Below are positions 36,595-45,396 of a DNA stretch of 64,000 nucleotides, piece by piece; the first letter of the stretch is position 1; each line of letters begins with the position of its first letter. This DNA is from a virus. Lineage: Duplodnaviria; Caudoviricetes. The stretch lies in IMG/VR virus record IMGVR_UViG_3300021400_000095; one strand, given 5' to 3'. The notes under the pieces are model-generated. The model made no database searches and was not told the origin of the DNA. It saw only the letters and a list, made by a program, of their open reading frames with translations. The position numbers were made by a program, and so were the translations under genes.

Positions 36595-36697
36595 AGAAAA
36601 CAGACAGCAAATTAAGTTTAAGATTGTAGGTTCAATTCCTTCTGTTTTTAAAGAAATTTAAAGGCAAAAATAGGTAATCCAAAAACAAAGTTTTCTG
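36595..36697 (+). ncRNA. CAGCAA-scaffold RNA 8 (T arm + closed acceptor, no anticodon)
   Basis: AGAAAAC-AGACAGCAA...AGG-TTCAATT-CCT, TGTTTTTAAA-GAAA-TTTAAAGGCA...GTTTTCT-G. Confidence 0.7.
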
Positions 36698-36709
36698 CTT
36701 GAAATACAA

Positions 36710-36865
36710 GCCGCCTTAGTATAGTGGTATTACAACTGACTTGCTACAGAGTGATTCACTGAGAAGAATTGCAAGGTATTAAAAGTGGTGAGCAGTACAG
36801 ATGATAGTTCAACTCTATCTACCTTGCCTAATCAGTAGATGTTGGTTCGATTCCGACAGGCGGCT
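36710..36865 (+). tRNA. tRNA-Thr(TGT)-like with an 85-nt anticodon insertion containing a nested tRNA-like module
   Basis: ACTGA-CTTG[36744-36828]TAA-TCAGT; insert has GCAAGGTA/TACCTTGC and GATAG-TTCAACT-CTATC. Confidence 0.7.
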
Positions 36866-36906
36866 CAAATTTTCTGAACACATAGGAAAATTTTTGTGTA
36901 CACAAT

Positions 36907-37061
36907 GCCTGTATAGACTGAAATGGTGAAAGGGAGTAACAAACTGCTAAACAAATTTTAGTGAATGCATTAAGTTAAACTTTGAGTTAGTAAGTGTGAA
37001 AGGCTTAAGCAGCACCCTCTTTTGATAGAGGGGGATGTGGGTTCAATTCCCACTACAGGTA
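36907..37061 (+). ncRNA. tRNA-like gene with ~80-nt D-loop insertion and atypical anticodon loop
   Basis: GCCTGTA/TACAGGT; CCCTC-TTTTGATA-GAGGG; GTGGG-TTCAATT-CCCAC. Confidence 0.6.
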
Positions 37062-37068
37062 CAAAAAT

Positions 37069-37142
37069 TGTGGGGTGATAGCAGTTGGTAGCTAGTCAGG
37101 CTCATAACCTGAAGGTCATGGGTTCAAGTCCCATCCCCGCAA
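37069..37142 (+). tRNA. tRNA-Met(CAT), initiator-like
   Basis: TCAGG-CTCATAA-CCTGA; fMet-like D arm. Confidence 0.9.
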
Positions 37143-37676
37143 CAACAGAACAAATATTTTTTCCTTATCATTTCTTTGATAAGTATAACACAAACTTGTC
37201 CTATAGTCCCTCAAATATAGGACCTTGCCATGTGCAATTAGGTAAAGGCATAAAATAGTGTACATATGTTTATGCATAATAAGAGACCATTCCAAAGTGT
37301 TGGGTTGCTAATTAAACATGTACTCAGCCATTCTTGGCTAGTCAGAATATAACAAATAAATCTGGAGAGAAGCACCTTGCCAACAGTTAAGTAAAACCTT
37401 GTAAAGAAAATTATTTCCAAAGGTCATCCATTTAAAATGGTTAAACAGTCGCAGTGATGTAGTAAAGTTTGTGTTTTTTTATTATTTAGTGCTGTAAAAA
37501 GTTTGGCAGATTAAAGATTAGGTTGCAAATGAAAGTTATCCTCCCTATTGGCTGTGTATTTTTATAATACTGAACTCTAGTTGCATAAGCCTTGTATGAG
37601 CAGCATAACTAAAATTATTTAGTTCCAAACATTCAGGGAGTAAGGCATTAATAAGGGCACTGAACAGCACTATTAT

Positions 37677-37753
37677 GTACCTGTGGCAGAGTGGTCAAAT
37701 GCAAAGGTCTGCAAAACCTTGATTCATTGGTTCAAATCCAATCAGGTACTCCA
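37677..37753 (+). tRNA. tRNA-Cys(GCA)
   Basis: AAGGT-CTGCAAA-ACCTT, U73, CCA. Confidence 0.93.
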
Positions 37754-37812
37754 AAAAAGCATATAACAATTTTTGAATTTTTGTAATTTAGAAGTTGTTA
37801 TTTTTTTTTTAT

Positions 37813-37897
37813 GGAGGGTTGGGTGAGTGGCTTAAACCAGCAGTTTGCTAAACTGCCGACCCACAAGGGTCCACTGGTTCAAATCCAGTACCCTCCG
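37813..37897 (+). tRNA. tRNA-Ser(GCT)
   Basis: GCAGT-TTGCTAA-ACTGC, long variable arm. Confidence 0.95.
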
Positions 37898-38011
37898 CAT
37901 TAACAAAAAGAATTGTATTTACCAAATTTTAATTAGCAGCACATCTTTAATAGGTGTGCTTTTTTTTTGTTTAGTATTAAACTATTTATATAAAAATATA
38001 TTAATTTAGGT

Positions 38012-38872
38012 ATGACTTTATTTGAGGACATAGTACAGGAATTTGACAACAATAGTTTCATTTTGACAAGGGATTGGTTATATGAGAAATACAATGAAAT
38101 GAATCAGAGTTTGTTCAGTGGAAGTCTTGGTGAATGTGATTTGGACATATTCACCACAGGAAGGGGTGCAAATGGAAGGGTTTTAGGATGGTTTTCAATG
38201 AAAATGAGTGGTTTAAAGTACAACAAGACAACAAGGAGGTTATATCTTGTAGATTATTGGGGTGATAAGGAATATGTTACCAAGTCAAATTTTTATGAAA
38301 CCACAAGTCCATTAATTAGTTTAAATGGAAATTATACATGGAGTGAGAAGGCAGCATTATCAACATTAGTTCATGAGATGTGTCATTATTATACATTTAT
38401 GTATGGCATTGCACCAAAGCAAGCACATGGGCCTGAGTTCAGGGAAATTGCATATATAGTATCAAAGAGGTCAAATGGTATATTTACAGTACAGAGGTTA
38501 GCAAGTGCAGAGCAGATGGGTGAAATGCAGTTAGATGCTGCAATACAGGCAAAGAATGATGAAAGGAAAGAGAGGAAAATGAGTAAGACAATACCAATGT
38601 TCATTTACTATAATGATGGAAAAATTGGATTAACAATGGCAAATAGTCAGAAGGTTGTTGATTATATTGTACATTATGAGTACAAAAATACTTCAACAAA
38701 TGGTGCAATAAAGATTAACATATGTACTGATGAGAAACTAAAGGATTTTTTGGTAAATGATAAAGGATACAAGAAGACACAGACATCATATAGATATTGG
38801 GATATAACAGGAAAGTCATGGTTAAATGAGCTTGACAAATATCCAATGAAGACTATATTTTCCAGAGAATAA
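38012..38872 (+). CDS. SprT-like zinc metalloprotease
   Basis: N..LF, TLVHEMCH, HGPEF. Confidence 0.85.
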   Translation: MTLFEDIVQEFDNNSFILTRDWLYEKYNEMNQSLFSGSLGECDLDIFTTGRGANGRVLGWFSMKMSGLKYNKTTRRLYLVDYWGDKEYVTKSNFYETTSPLISLNGNYTWSEKAALSTLVHEMCHYYTFMYGIAPKQAHGPEFREIAYIVSKRSNGIFTVQRLASAEQMGEMQLDAAIQAKNDERKERKMSKTIPMFIYYNDGKIGLTMANSQKVVDYIVHYEYKNTSTNGAIKINICTDEKLKDFLVNDKGYKKTQTSYRYWDITGKSWLNELDKYPMKTIFSRE

Positions 38873-39069
38873 CATAATTAGTTAATAGTATTATGGATTT
38901 TAGTAAATTAAATGAAGAGCAATTACATGAACTTGTCAGGGAAAGGGTTTTTGATAAGTTAAGTAAGGAGTATATGAAAAACAGTAATGACAATAAAGAA
39001 ATCCCTGTTGGGATTAATTTAGGGGTTATTGATTTAGAATAATAAAAAAATAAAAAACAAGTTTAAGAA

Positions 39070-39411
39070 ATGTTAGTAACAGCATTATTATCACAATTAT
39101 TAATAGCAGTTCCAAGTATTATTTTAGGGACACAGACATTAACATCAGTATTCAATGGTTTTTTCAAAGTAGATAAGCCAGGTTTAAGGCAATTAGTATC
39201 TTGGATTTTTGCAATTTTAATTGCAATTGGATTTGTTGCAACAGGTAATTTAACATTTGGTTTACCAGTTGTTTGGGAATACATTGTTGGTATTGTTTCA
39301 GGTGTTTTAGCAGGTGGTGCTGCTAATGGTTTTTATGATTGGGCAGCAATTTCTGCAATTTTCAATTCATTTGAAAATGTAATTAGGGGAGAAAAGAGAG
39401 TAAAGGAATAA
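39070..39411 (+). CDS. Holin-like membrane protein
   Basis: Three hydrophobic helices, GGAANGFYD, charged C-terminus. Confidence 0.6.
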   Translation: MLVTALLSQLLIAVPSIILGTQTLTSVFNGFFKVDKPGLRQLVSWIFAILIAIGFVATGNLTFGLPVVWEYIVGIVSGVLAGGAANGFYDWAAISAIFNSFENVIRGEKRVKE

Positions 39412-39509
39412 AATAAACAAGATTAATTTGTGCAAGGATTGGCAATATTGTCAATCCTTTTTTGTTTTCCTAATATGTTTTTGTATATTTGTAAAAAAAT
39501 ATTAGGAAT

Positions 39510-40664
39510 ATGAATAAAGGATATATTTGTACAAGTTCTTATGGTATTAAAGCACCAATTATTAAGGAAGGTGATGATTTAGTAAATATTATAGTGAAGT
39601 CTGTTCTTGATGCAACTTATGTTGACAGTACTTATAATATGGTTAAAAATGATAGTATTAAAGAGGGGTTTGAGACACAAGTGGTGAAAAATTATGACCT
39701 TGATGACAGGGACATTATTGGTATTACTGAGAGTGTTATTGCCAGGGCACAGGGAAATTATGTTACAGTTGATGAGGTAGCAGAGAACATAAAGGAACTT
39801 GTAGGTGATGTTAAGAAAATAATAGTAGTAAATCCAATTTATAGTAGGAATAGATTTAGTTTAATACTTAAGGCAATTGCAAGGGCTGCTAGTGAATCTA
39901 TTGCCATATACATGCCTGAATTTGATGAGGTTGGAAATCCATCAGGTGTTAATCCATTTACTGGTGTTGATATAAAGGCATATTACAAGGAACTTGTTGA
40001 AAAAGAAGGTAAAAATTGTTATTTTAGGGAAGGAAGCCATTATGACTATGACAATGAAAACAATGCCATTGAGATTTATTGTGGGCTTCATGATTATAAG
40101 GAATGGAAAGAAAAATATGGTGATGAAAGGCACATTACATTGGCAGATATTTGTTCAGACAAGTGTGAATATGGCCTTCTTGGTTCAAACAAGGCAACTG
40201 ATGAAAAGTTAAAGTTATTTCCAAACAAGGTAAAGGCTGAAAAGTTATTATATGAGGTACAAAAAAGAATATTAGAAAAGACAGGGAAATTAGTATATGT
40301 TGCATCATATGGTGATGGTTGTTTCAAGGATGCTGTTGGTGGTATTTGGGAGTTTGCTGACCCTGTAACAATGCCAGCATATACAAATCCTGAGGTATTT
40401 GAATCAAGGCCAAATGAAATTAAGATTAAGGCATTTGCTGATGACCAATATAGGGATTTAAGTGGAAATAAACTAATTAATGCAATAAAGGATAGTATTA
40501 AATCAAAGGATAATATGCTTATTGGCAAGATGGCAAGTCAAGGAACAACACCAAGAATTGTCAGGGATTTGGTTGCAAGTTTAATGGATTTAACATCAGG
40601 TAGTGGAGACAAGGGAACACCAATTGTATTAGTTAAGGGGTATTTTAATAATTATGCTAAGTAA
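39510..40664 (+). CDS. F420-0:gamma-glutamyl ligase (CofE)-like protein
   Basis: PIIKEGDDL, ITESVIARAQGN, DLTSGSGDKGTPIVLV. Confidence 0.85.
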   Translation: MNKGYICTSSYGIKAPIIKEGDDLVNIIVKSVLDATYVDSTYNMVKNDSIKEGFETQVVKNYDLDDRDIIGITESVIARAQGNYVTVDEVAENIKELVGDVKKIIVVNPIYSRNRFSLILKAIARAASESIAIYMPEFDEVGNPSGVNPFTGVDIKAYYKELVEKEGKNCYFREGSHYDYDNENNAIEIYCGLHDYKEWKEKYGDERHITLADICSDKCEYGLLGSNKATDEKLKLFPNKVKAEKLLYEVQKRILEKTGKLVYVASYGDGCFKDAVGGIWEFADPVTMPAYTNPEVFESRPNEIKIKAFADDQYRDLSGNKLINAIKDSIKSKDNMLIGKMASQGTTPRIVRDLVASLMDLTSGSGDKGTPIVLVKGYFNNYAK

Positions 40665-40670
40665 GAAAAT

Positions 40671-41027
40671 ATGAAAACAATTAATATAGAAATTGAAAAT
40701 GCATACATGGGTGATGCATGTCAATTTAAATTTAATACATCTGAAGAATATTCAAGTAATATTTCTTTAAAAGAAGTTATTACAGACTATATAAACAGGA
40801 TACACATATTATGTAATTCAGAGGTAAAAAGTTTTGAATATTCTGAAGATTTAGGTGCATTGTATTTTGATGATGAAATTGAAATAAATTTTGTTAATAA
40901 TATTGATACCCTTCTTGATGATTGCCAAAAACTTTTTGATAAAGGTGGTAATATATTTTGCTTTAAAGCATGTTATGAAAATGTAATTTGTTGGTTTAGT
41001 TTTATAATAAAAGAAGAAGAGTCTTAA
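40671..41027 (+). CDS. Hypothetical protein
   Basis: 118 aa ORF. Confidence 0.65.
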   Translation: MKTINIEIENAYMGDACQFKFNTSEEYSSNISLKEVITDYINRIHILCNSEVKSFEYSEDLGALYFDDEIEINFVNNIDTLLDDCQKLFDKGGNIFCFKACYENVICWFSFIIKEEES

Positions 41028-42058
41028 ATAAGGCTCTTCTTTATTTGTTTAATGGATTCCAGAATCATATATTTAATATCTTGTTCTGTAATTTTAATTT
41101 TTCTTTCTGCAACTATTGGGTCTGACAATCTATCAGGTGTAAGAATTTTATTTTTCATAAGTCTTTTCCTAACTTCTAAGGTATCACTATTCATAACATA
41201 GAAATTATCATCAACTTGTATTTGATAATAATCAACACCTTTTATATCAACAATTGTTGGTTTATGTATAGTATAATCAAAGCCATTTATATTATCAACA
41301 ATTGTTTCTTTATCACCAAAAGTAGAATCATCAAACCAAGATTTTTTTACTTTAGTAAGTATAGGTTTTTGTGCTTTATCATTAAAATTTGATTTATTAA
41401 TTATATTTTCTTTTCCAAATTTTTCAAATCTTATATTAAGACCAAAAAGATTTTTAATGTCATTATAATCATAAGTTGGTTTACTATTAGAAACAACTTC
41501 ATCTATAAATGTTTCAAATTTAGCATTAGGATTATTTGGGTCATAAACAACATTATATACATTTAATGCCATTTTACTATCACTACTATCAAATCCTTTA
41601 TTGTTAACTTTTGGGTCAATAAGAACATTTAACACAAATTGGTTTGCTTTAGTTTTATTATCACCATTATTTGACCCAAACCAAACATTTGGCCTTAATG
41701 GATGGTCAGCAACTCTTAAATTAAATGCCACTTTTTTACCTTGATAGCCAGGCACATTCAAAAGATAAAAATAGTTAGAGGTGTACCAAGCATCAGCACA
41801 AATCCAATCAAAGTTATTTTTATAACTATTAATATCATTGTTTTTTTTATATCCTATTTTATGCTTAAATGCAAAATTTGCAGCATCACCTTTTCTTTTT
41901 AATAAGTATAAGAAGAAATTAATATCAGTATTAATTTTATCAATTTCTTCTTCATTCTTTATCCATTCTTTTGTTCCATCTGAATCATGATAAAAGCCTA
42001 TACCAAGGTCAGGTCTTGCATCAGAAAGAATAAAAACTTCATTTAAATTTTGTTTCAT
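41024..42058 (-). CDS. Hypothetical protein with C-terminal KITEQDIKYMILESIKQI motif
   Basis: 344 aa; ACTATTTAT upstream. Confidence 0.75.
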   Translation of the reverse strand: MKQNLNEVFILSDARPDLGIGFYHDSDGTKEWIKNEEEIDKINTDINFFLYLLKRKGDAANFAFKHKIGYKKNNDINSYKNNFDWICADAWYTSNYFYLLNVPGYQGKKVAFNLRVADHPLRPNVWFGSNNGDNKTKANQFVLNVLIDPKVNNKGFDSSDSKMALNVYNVVYDPNNPNAKFETFIDEVVSNSKPTYDYNDIKNLFGLNIRFEKFGKENIINKSNFNDKAQKPILTKVKKSWFDDSTFGDKETIVDNINGFDYTIHKPTIVDIKGVDYYQIQVDDNFYVMNSDTLEVRKRLMKNKILTPDRLSDPIVAERKIKITEQDIKYMILESIKQIKKSLI

Positions 42059-42135
42059 ATTAATAACAACATTTTCATATAAATAGTTGTTAAATTAATA
42101 TAATTTTTGTATTTTTGTAAAAAAAGGATTTAATT

Positions 42136-42378
42136 ATGAGCACATTAGTTATTGTTTTGATTGTTGTTGCAGTATTGATTGCAGCATGTTTAATTAGTTA
42201 TCATTATGGTGAACATCATGAACTTCACAAGGTAAGGGCTGAATTCAGTGATGTTTTAAAGCACCTTGGTCCAAGTAGCAGATTCAGACAGGGCTTTGAA
42301 GCAGCAGAAAAAATTATTGATGTTATGGATGCTGATTTTAATGGTAATTATAGAGAAAAAGAGGATGTTGAAGATTAA
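42136..42378 (+). CDS. Small membrane-anchored protein
   Basis: N-terminal TM helix. Confidence 0.7.
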   Translation: MSTLVIVLIVVAVLIAACLISYHYGEHHELHKVRAEFSDVLKHLGPSSRFRQGFEAAEKIIDVMDADFNGNYREKEDVED

Positions 42379-42420
42379 TTTGGCACATTTCTTGTAGTAT
42401 AATAATAAAAACACAAAAAT

Positions 42421-42651
42421 ATGGCTAAAAATACATTTACATTAGATTCATTTAAAGAAATGCTCAAAGAAGATAAAGACTTCAAAGAGCAGATTGTTAA
42501 GAAAAATGATTTTATTGACTTGGACAATGGTGTTATGAGGATTCATTCAGAAAATATAAACAAATATCTTGAAAAATATTCTTGTAAAGATGCTGAAGAC
42601 CTTGAAAACACATTGTGGTTTAACTATGGTATTTTTTGTCAAGTAATTTAA
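42421..42651 (+). CDS. Hypothetical protein
   Basis: 76 aa after a sigma-54-type motif at 42381. Confidence 0.7.
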   Translation: MAKNTFTLDSFKEMLKEDKDFKEQIVKKNDFIDLDNGVMRIHSENINKYLEKYSCKDAEDLENTLWFNYGIFCQVI

Positions 42652-42657
42652 GTACAT

Positions 42658-42876
42658 ATGTTTGGTAAAATTAAAAAGAAAGAATTATATAAGGTTAATG
42701 TTGATATAAGAACAAAAAGCAACCCATATGTTATTGCAAATAATACATATTTTGTTGTTGCAAAAGACATTTATGATGCAAGAGGAAAAGTAAGAAAGTT
42801 GCTTAAGGTTAACAAAGATATACAGCAAATTTCAATATGTAGTTCTTCATTAGTAAATGATGAAATTTATGAGTAA
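42658..42876 (+). CDS. Hypothetical protein
   Basis: 72 aa ORF in operon. Confidence 0.65.
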   Translation: MFGKIKKKELYKVNVDIRTKSNPYVIANNTYFVVAKDIYDARGKVRKLLKVNKDIQQISICSSSLVNDEIYE

Positions 42877-43810
42877 CAAAGCAAAATATCTTAGATTTAC
42901 AAAAGATTACAGTTTACCTATTAATATTTTTAATGATGAACTGTTTTCTTATTATAGGGAATTGTATAAGGATTTCTGGCCAGTTCATGAAGAAAATTTA
43001 ATGAACAATGAAATTGAACAACTTGATGGAAATGTTGATGCTTGGTTGGCAACATATGCAACAATAAGGGATAATATTATAAACACCCTTGAAGCAAGTG
43101 ACAAGTATCAAGAATTCAACAATAAAGACATTTCCATGTATGATATTCCAAATATTGGCCTTGGTGAACATAGCCTTTATAGTGAAGAAACTGATGGAAA
43201 AATGTTTATTTCACTTGATTTGAAAAAAGCCAATTTTCAAGCCTTAAAATATGTTGGTGTTCTTCCTTATGCTTCATATGAGGAATTTATTAAGGCATAT
43301 GGTGGAACTGAATATTTTTCAAAATCAAAATATTTGAGACAGGTTATTTTTGGTAAACTTAATCCAAAAAGACAAATCAAAGTTGAAAAATTCCTTATTT
43401 ATCAACTTTATCTTGATTGTATTAGAGAATATGGTTTTACTTCACCTTATTCATTAAATAGTGATGAACTTGTCTTTAATGTTAATGAAAACAATGTACC
43501 ATCAGAAAAAAAACTTAAATATATTGAAGAAAAAGTTAAATTCTTATATGGTATTGATGTTAGAGTTGAGGTTGTGAAAATTAAAAGGCTTCCTATTGTT
43601 AATAGTAATGGTAATAAAGTGGATTGCTATATAAGGAAAAATATATATACAGGTGAAGAAAAATTGAAAAAGGCTTCTACTACATTTTTCCCACAAATTT
43701 GGAAACTTTATAAAGGTCTTGAAATTACAGAAAAAGATAGAATGTTTTTCTTTGAGGACCAAATTGCAACTTTTAATGAAAATTTAAAACTTGCTGAAAA
43801 AACTGATTAA
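42869..43810 (+). CDS. Hypothetical protein with polymerase-palm-like motifs
   Basis: ISLDLKKANF, KYLRQVIFG, LNSDE. Confidence 0.6.
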   Translation: MSNKAKYLRFTKDYSLPINIFNDELFSYYRELYKDFWPVHEENLMNNEIEQLDGNVDAWLATYATIRDNIINTLEASDKYQEFNNKDISMYDIPNIGLGEHSLYSEETDGKMFISLDLKKANFQALKYVGVLPYASYEEFIKAYGGTEYFSKSKYLRQVIFGKLNPKRQIKVEKFLIYQLYLDCIREYGFTSPYSLNSDELVFNVNENNVPSEKKLKYIEEKVKFLYGIDVRVEVVKIKRLPIVNSNGNKVDCYIRKNIYTGEEKLKKASTTFFPQIWKLYKGLEITEKDRMFFFEDQIATFNENLKLAEKTD

Positions 43811-43826
43811 AAATAAATATTAGTAT

Positions 43827-44576
43827 ATGGATACTTTAAAAATATTAGCAACAAGTGACTTTCATGGACACTTGCCTGATATAACAACACCTTTTGATTT
43901 GTTGTTAATATGTGGGGATATTTGCCCTGCACATGACCACTATTATGCATATCAAATCAACTGGTTTCAACATACCTTTGCTAATTGGATAAATAAACTA
44001 CCATTTAAAAATGAGTGGAGCAAAGTTGTGATGGTTGCAGGAAATCATGATTTTTTTTTAGAGAGGTTAAGTTCTTTAAGTGAAGAAATCAGATGTTTTA
44101 ACATAACAACTAATAACAGGGTTGTTATTCTTAAAAATGAAGAATATGATTATGAATATTTGTCTGATGATGGTATTAAAACCTTAAAGATTTTTGGTAC
44201 ACCTTATTGTCATATTTTTGGTAATTGGGCTTTTATGATATCAGATGAAAGTCTTGAAAAGAAGTTTTCATTTATACCTGACAATTGTGATATATTTATT
44301 TCACATGATTCACCATCAACAAATGGTCTTGGGACTATAAATGAAGGTTGGAATGCAGGTACTGATGCTGGTAACATACCACTTACCAATATACTTAAAG
44401 AAAAGAAACCAAAATACTTTTTTAGTGGGCACATTCATACAGGTAATCATAATTTTGAAAAAATAGACAATACTTGGATGGCAAATGTATCTTATATTAA
44501 TGAAGGGTATAGAGTTGCTTTTCCTGTGCTTGAATTTGAAATAGATAAAGAAACAAAGATGTATGGAGAACATTGA
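43827..44576 (+). CDS. Metallophosphoesterase
   Basis: SDFHG, CGD, AGNHD, GHIH. Confidence 0.9.
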   Translation: MDTLKILATSDFHGHLPDITTPFDLLLICGDICPAHDHYYAYQINWFQHTFANWINKLPFKNEWSKVVMVAGNHDFFLERLSSLSEEIRCFNITTNNRVVILKNEEYDYEYLSDDGIKTLKIFGTPYCHIFGNWAFMISDESLEKKFSFIPDNCDIFISHDSPSTNGLGTINEGWNAGTDAGNIPLTNILKEKKPKYFFSGHIHTGNHNFEKIDNTWMANVSYINEGYRVAFPVLEFEIDKETKMYGEH

Positions 44577-44895
44577 AAAAGATTATAATGATATTGCAAC
44601 AGCAATTGCATCATTATTGGTTAAAATACAATCAAGTATTATTGAAGAGAACAGTAAGTCAGAAAATGGTGAAAAAGTTGATGTTGAATATTTGAAGAAA
44701 TTAAAAGCATCTGCTATGCATTGTTCACATGCAATAGGTGAATTAATTGAATCAAAAGCAATTTTGATTGATGATTTATCTGCTGCTGATAATTTAATTA
44801 TTGAACAATATGAAAATGAAATGGATATGGCATTGGATAATTTTGGTAAAACAATTTTGTTCAGTGATATTTTAAAAGATTTTAATGATGAATAA
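44563..44895 (+). CDS. Hypothetical protein
   Basis: 110 aa ORF. Confidence 0.7.
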   Translation: MENIEKDYNDIATAIASLLVKIQSSIIEENSKSENGEKVDVEYLKKLKASAMHCSHAIGELIESKAILIDDLSAADNLIIEQYENEMDMALDNFGKTILFSDILKDFNDE

Positions 44896-44907
44896 TTTTA
44901 TTGTATT

Positions 44908-45360
44908 ATGGAGAAATTAGAAAAAACAATTGTTAATGACCTGATGGTTGCAATGAAGGAAAAGAATGAAGTCAAACTTTCAGCACTTAGGTCTGTTAAA
45001 ACTGCTATTCAGAATGAAAAAACAAATGGCTCATTCCATGAACTAACTGATGGTGATGTTGCCAAAATTATTCAGAAACAAATCAAACAAAGACTTGAAT
45101 CTGAACAGATTTACAGGGATGCAAATAGGGATGAACTTGCAGACAAGGAAATGAAAGAAAGAGTTGCACTTGAAGAATATATTCCAAAACAGTTAAATGA
45201 TGAAGAATTACTTTCTGCAATTAACACCATTATTCATGACCTTAATGCTACATCTATGAAAGATATGGGTAAGGTTATGGGTGAACTTAATAAAAGATAT
45301 GCTGGTAGAATAGATGGCAAGAAAGCAAGTACAATTATAAAAGAAAAACTTAATGAATAA
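44908..45360 (+). CDS. GatB/Yqey domain protein
   Basis: AMKEK..LSALR, KQRLES, YIPKQL, MKDMGKVM. Confidence 0.92.
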   Translation: MEKLEKTIVNDLMVAMKEKNEVKLSALRSVKTAIQNEKTNGSFHELTDGDVAKIIQKQIKQRLESEQIYRDANRDELADKEMKERVALEEYIPKQLNDEELLSAINTIIHDLNATSMKDMGKVMGELNKRYAGRIDGKKASTIIKEKLNE

Positions 45361-45362
45361 AA

Positions 45363-45391
45363 AAAGGTCACTGATTTTTCAGTGACCTTTT
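45363..45391. terminator. Bidirectional terminator
   Basis: AAAGGTCACTGA-tttt-TCAGTGACCTTT. Confidence 0.8.
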
Positions 45392-45396
45392 ATGTT

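Noticed and set aside
29660-36697. CRISPR array reading of the AGAAAACATACAGCAA repeats
   Set aside because: Irregular spacing of hundreds of bp, tRNAs in between, paired downstream complements and no cas genes.
29003-37420. Short ORF-track entries in the RNA island (29003, 29054, 30839, 32007, 32407, 34244, 35287, 35954, 36138, 37238)
   Set aside because: They overlap tRNAs or structured RNAs and have atypical composition.
37187-37475. RNase P RNA
   Set aside because: The conserved GAGGAAAGUCC and matching 3' P4 strand were not found.
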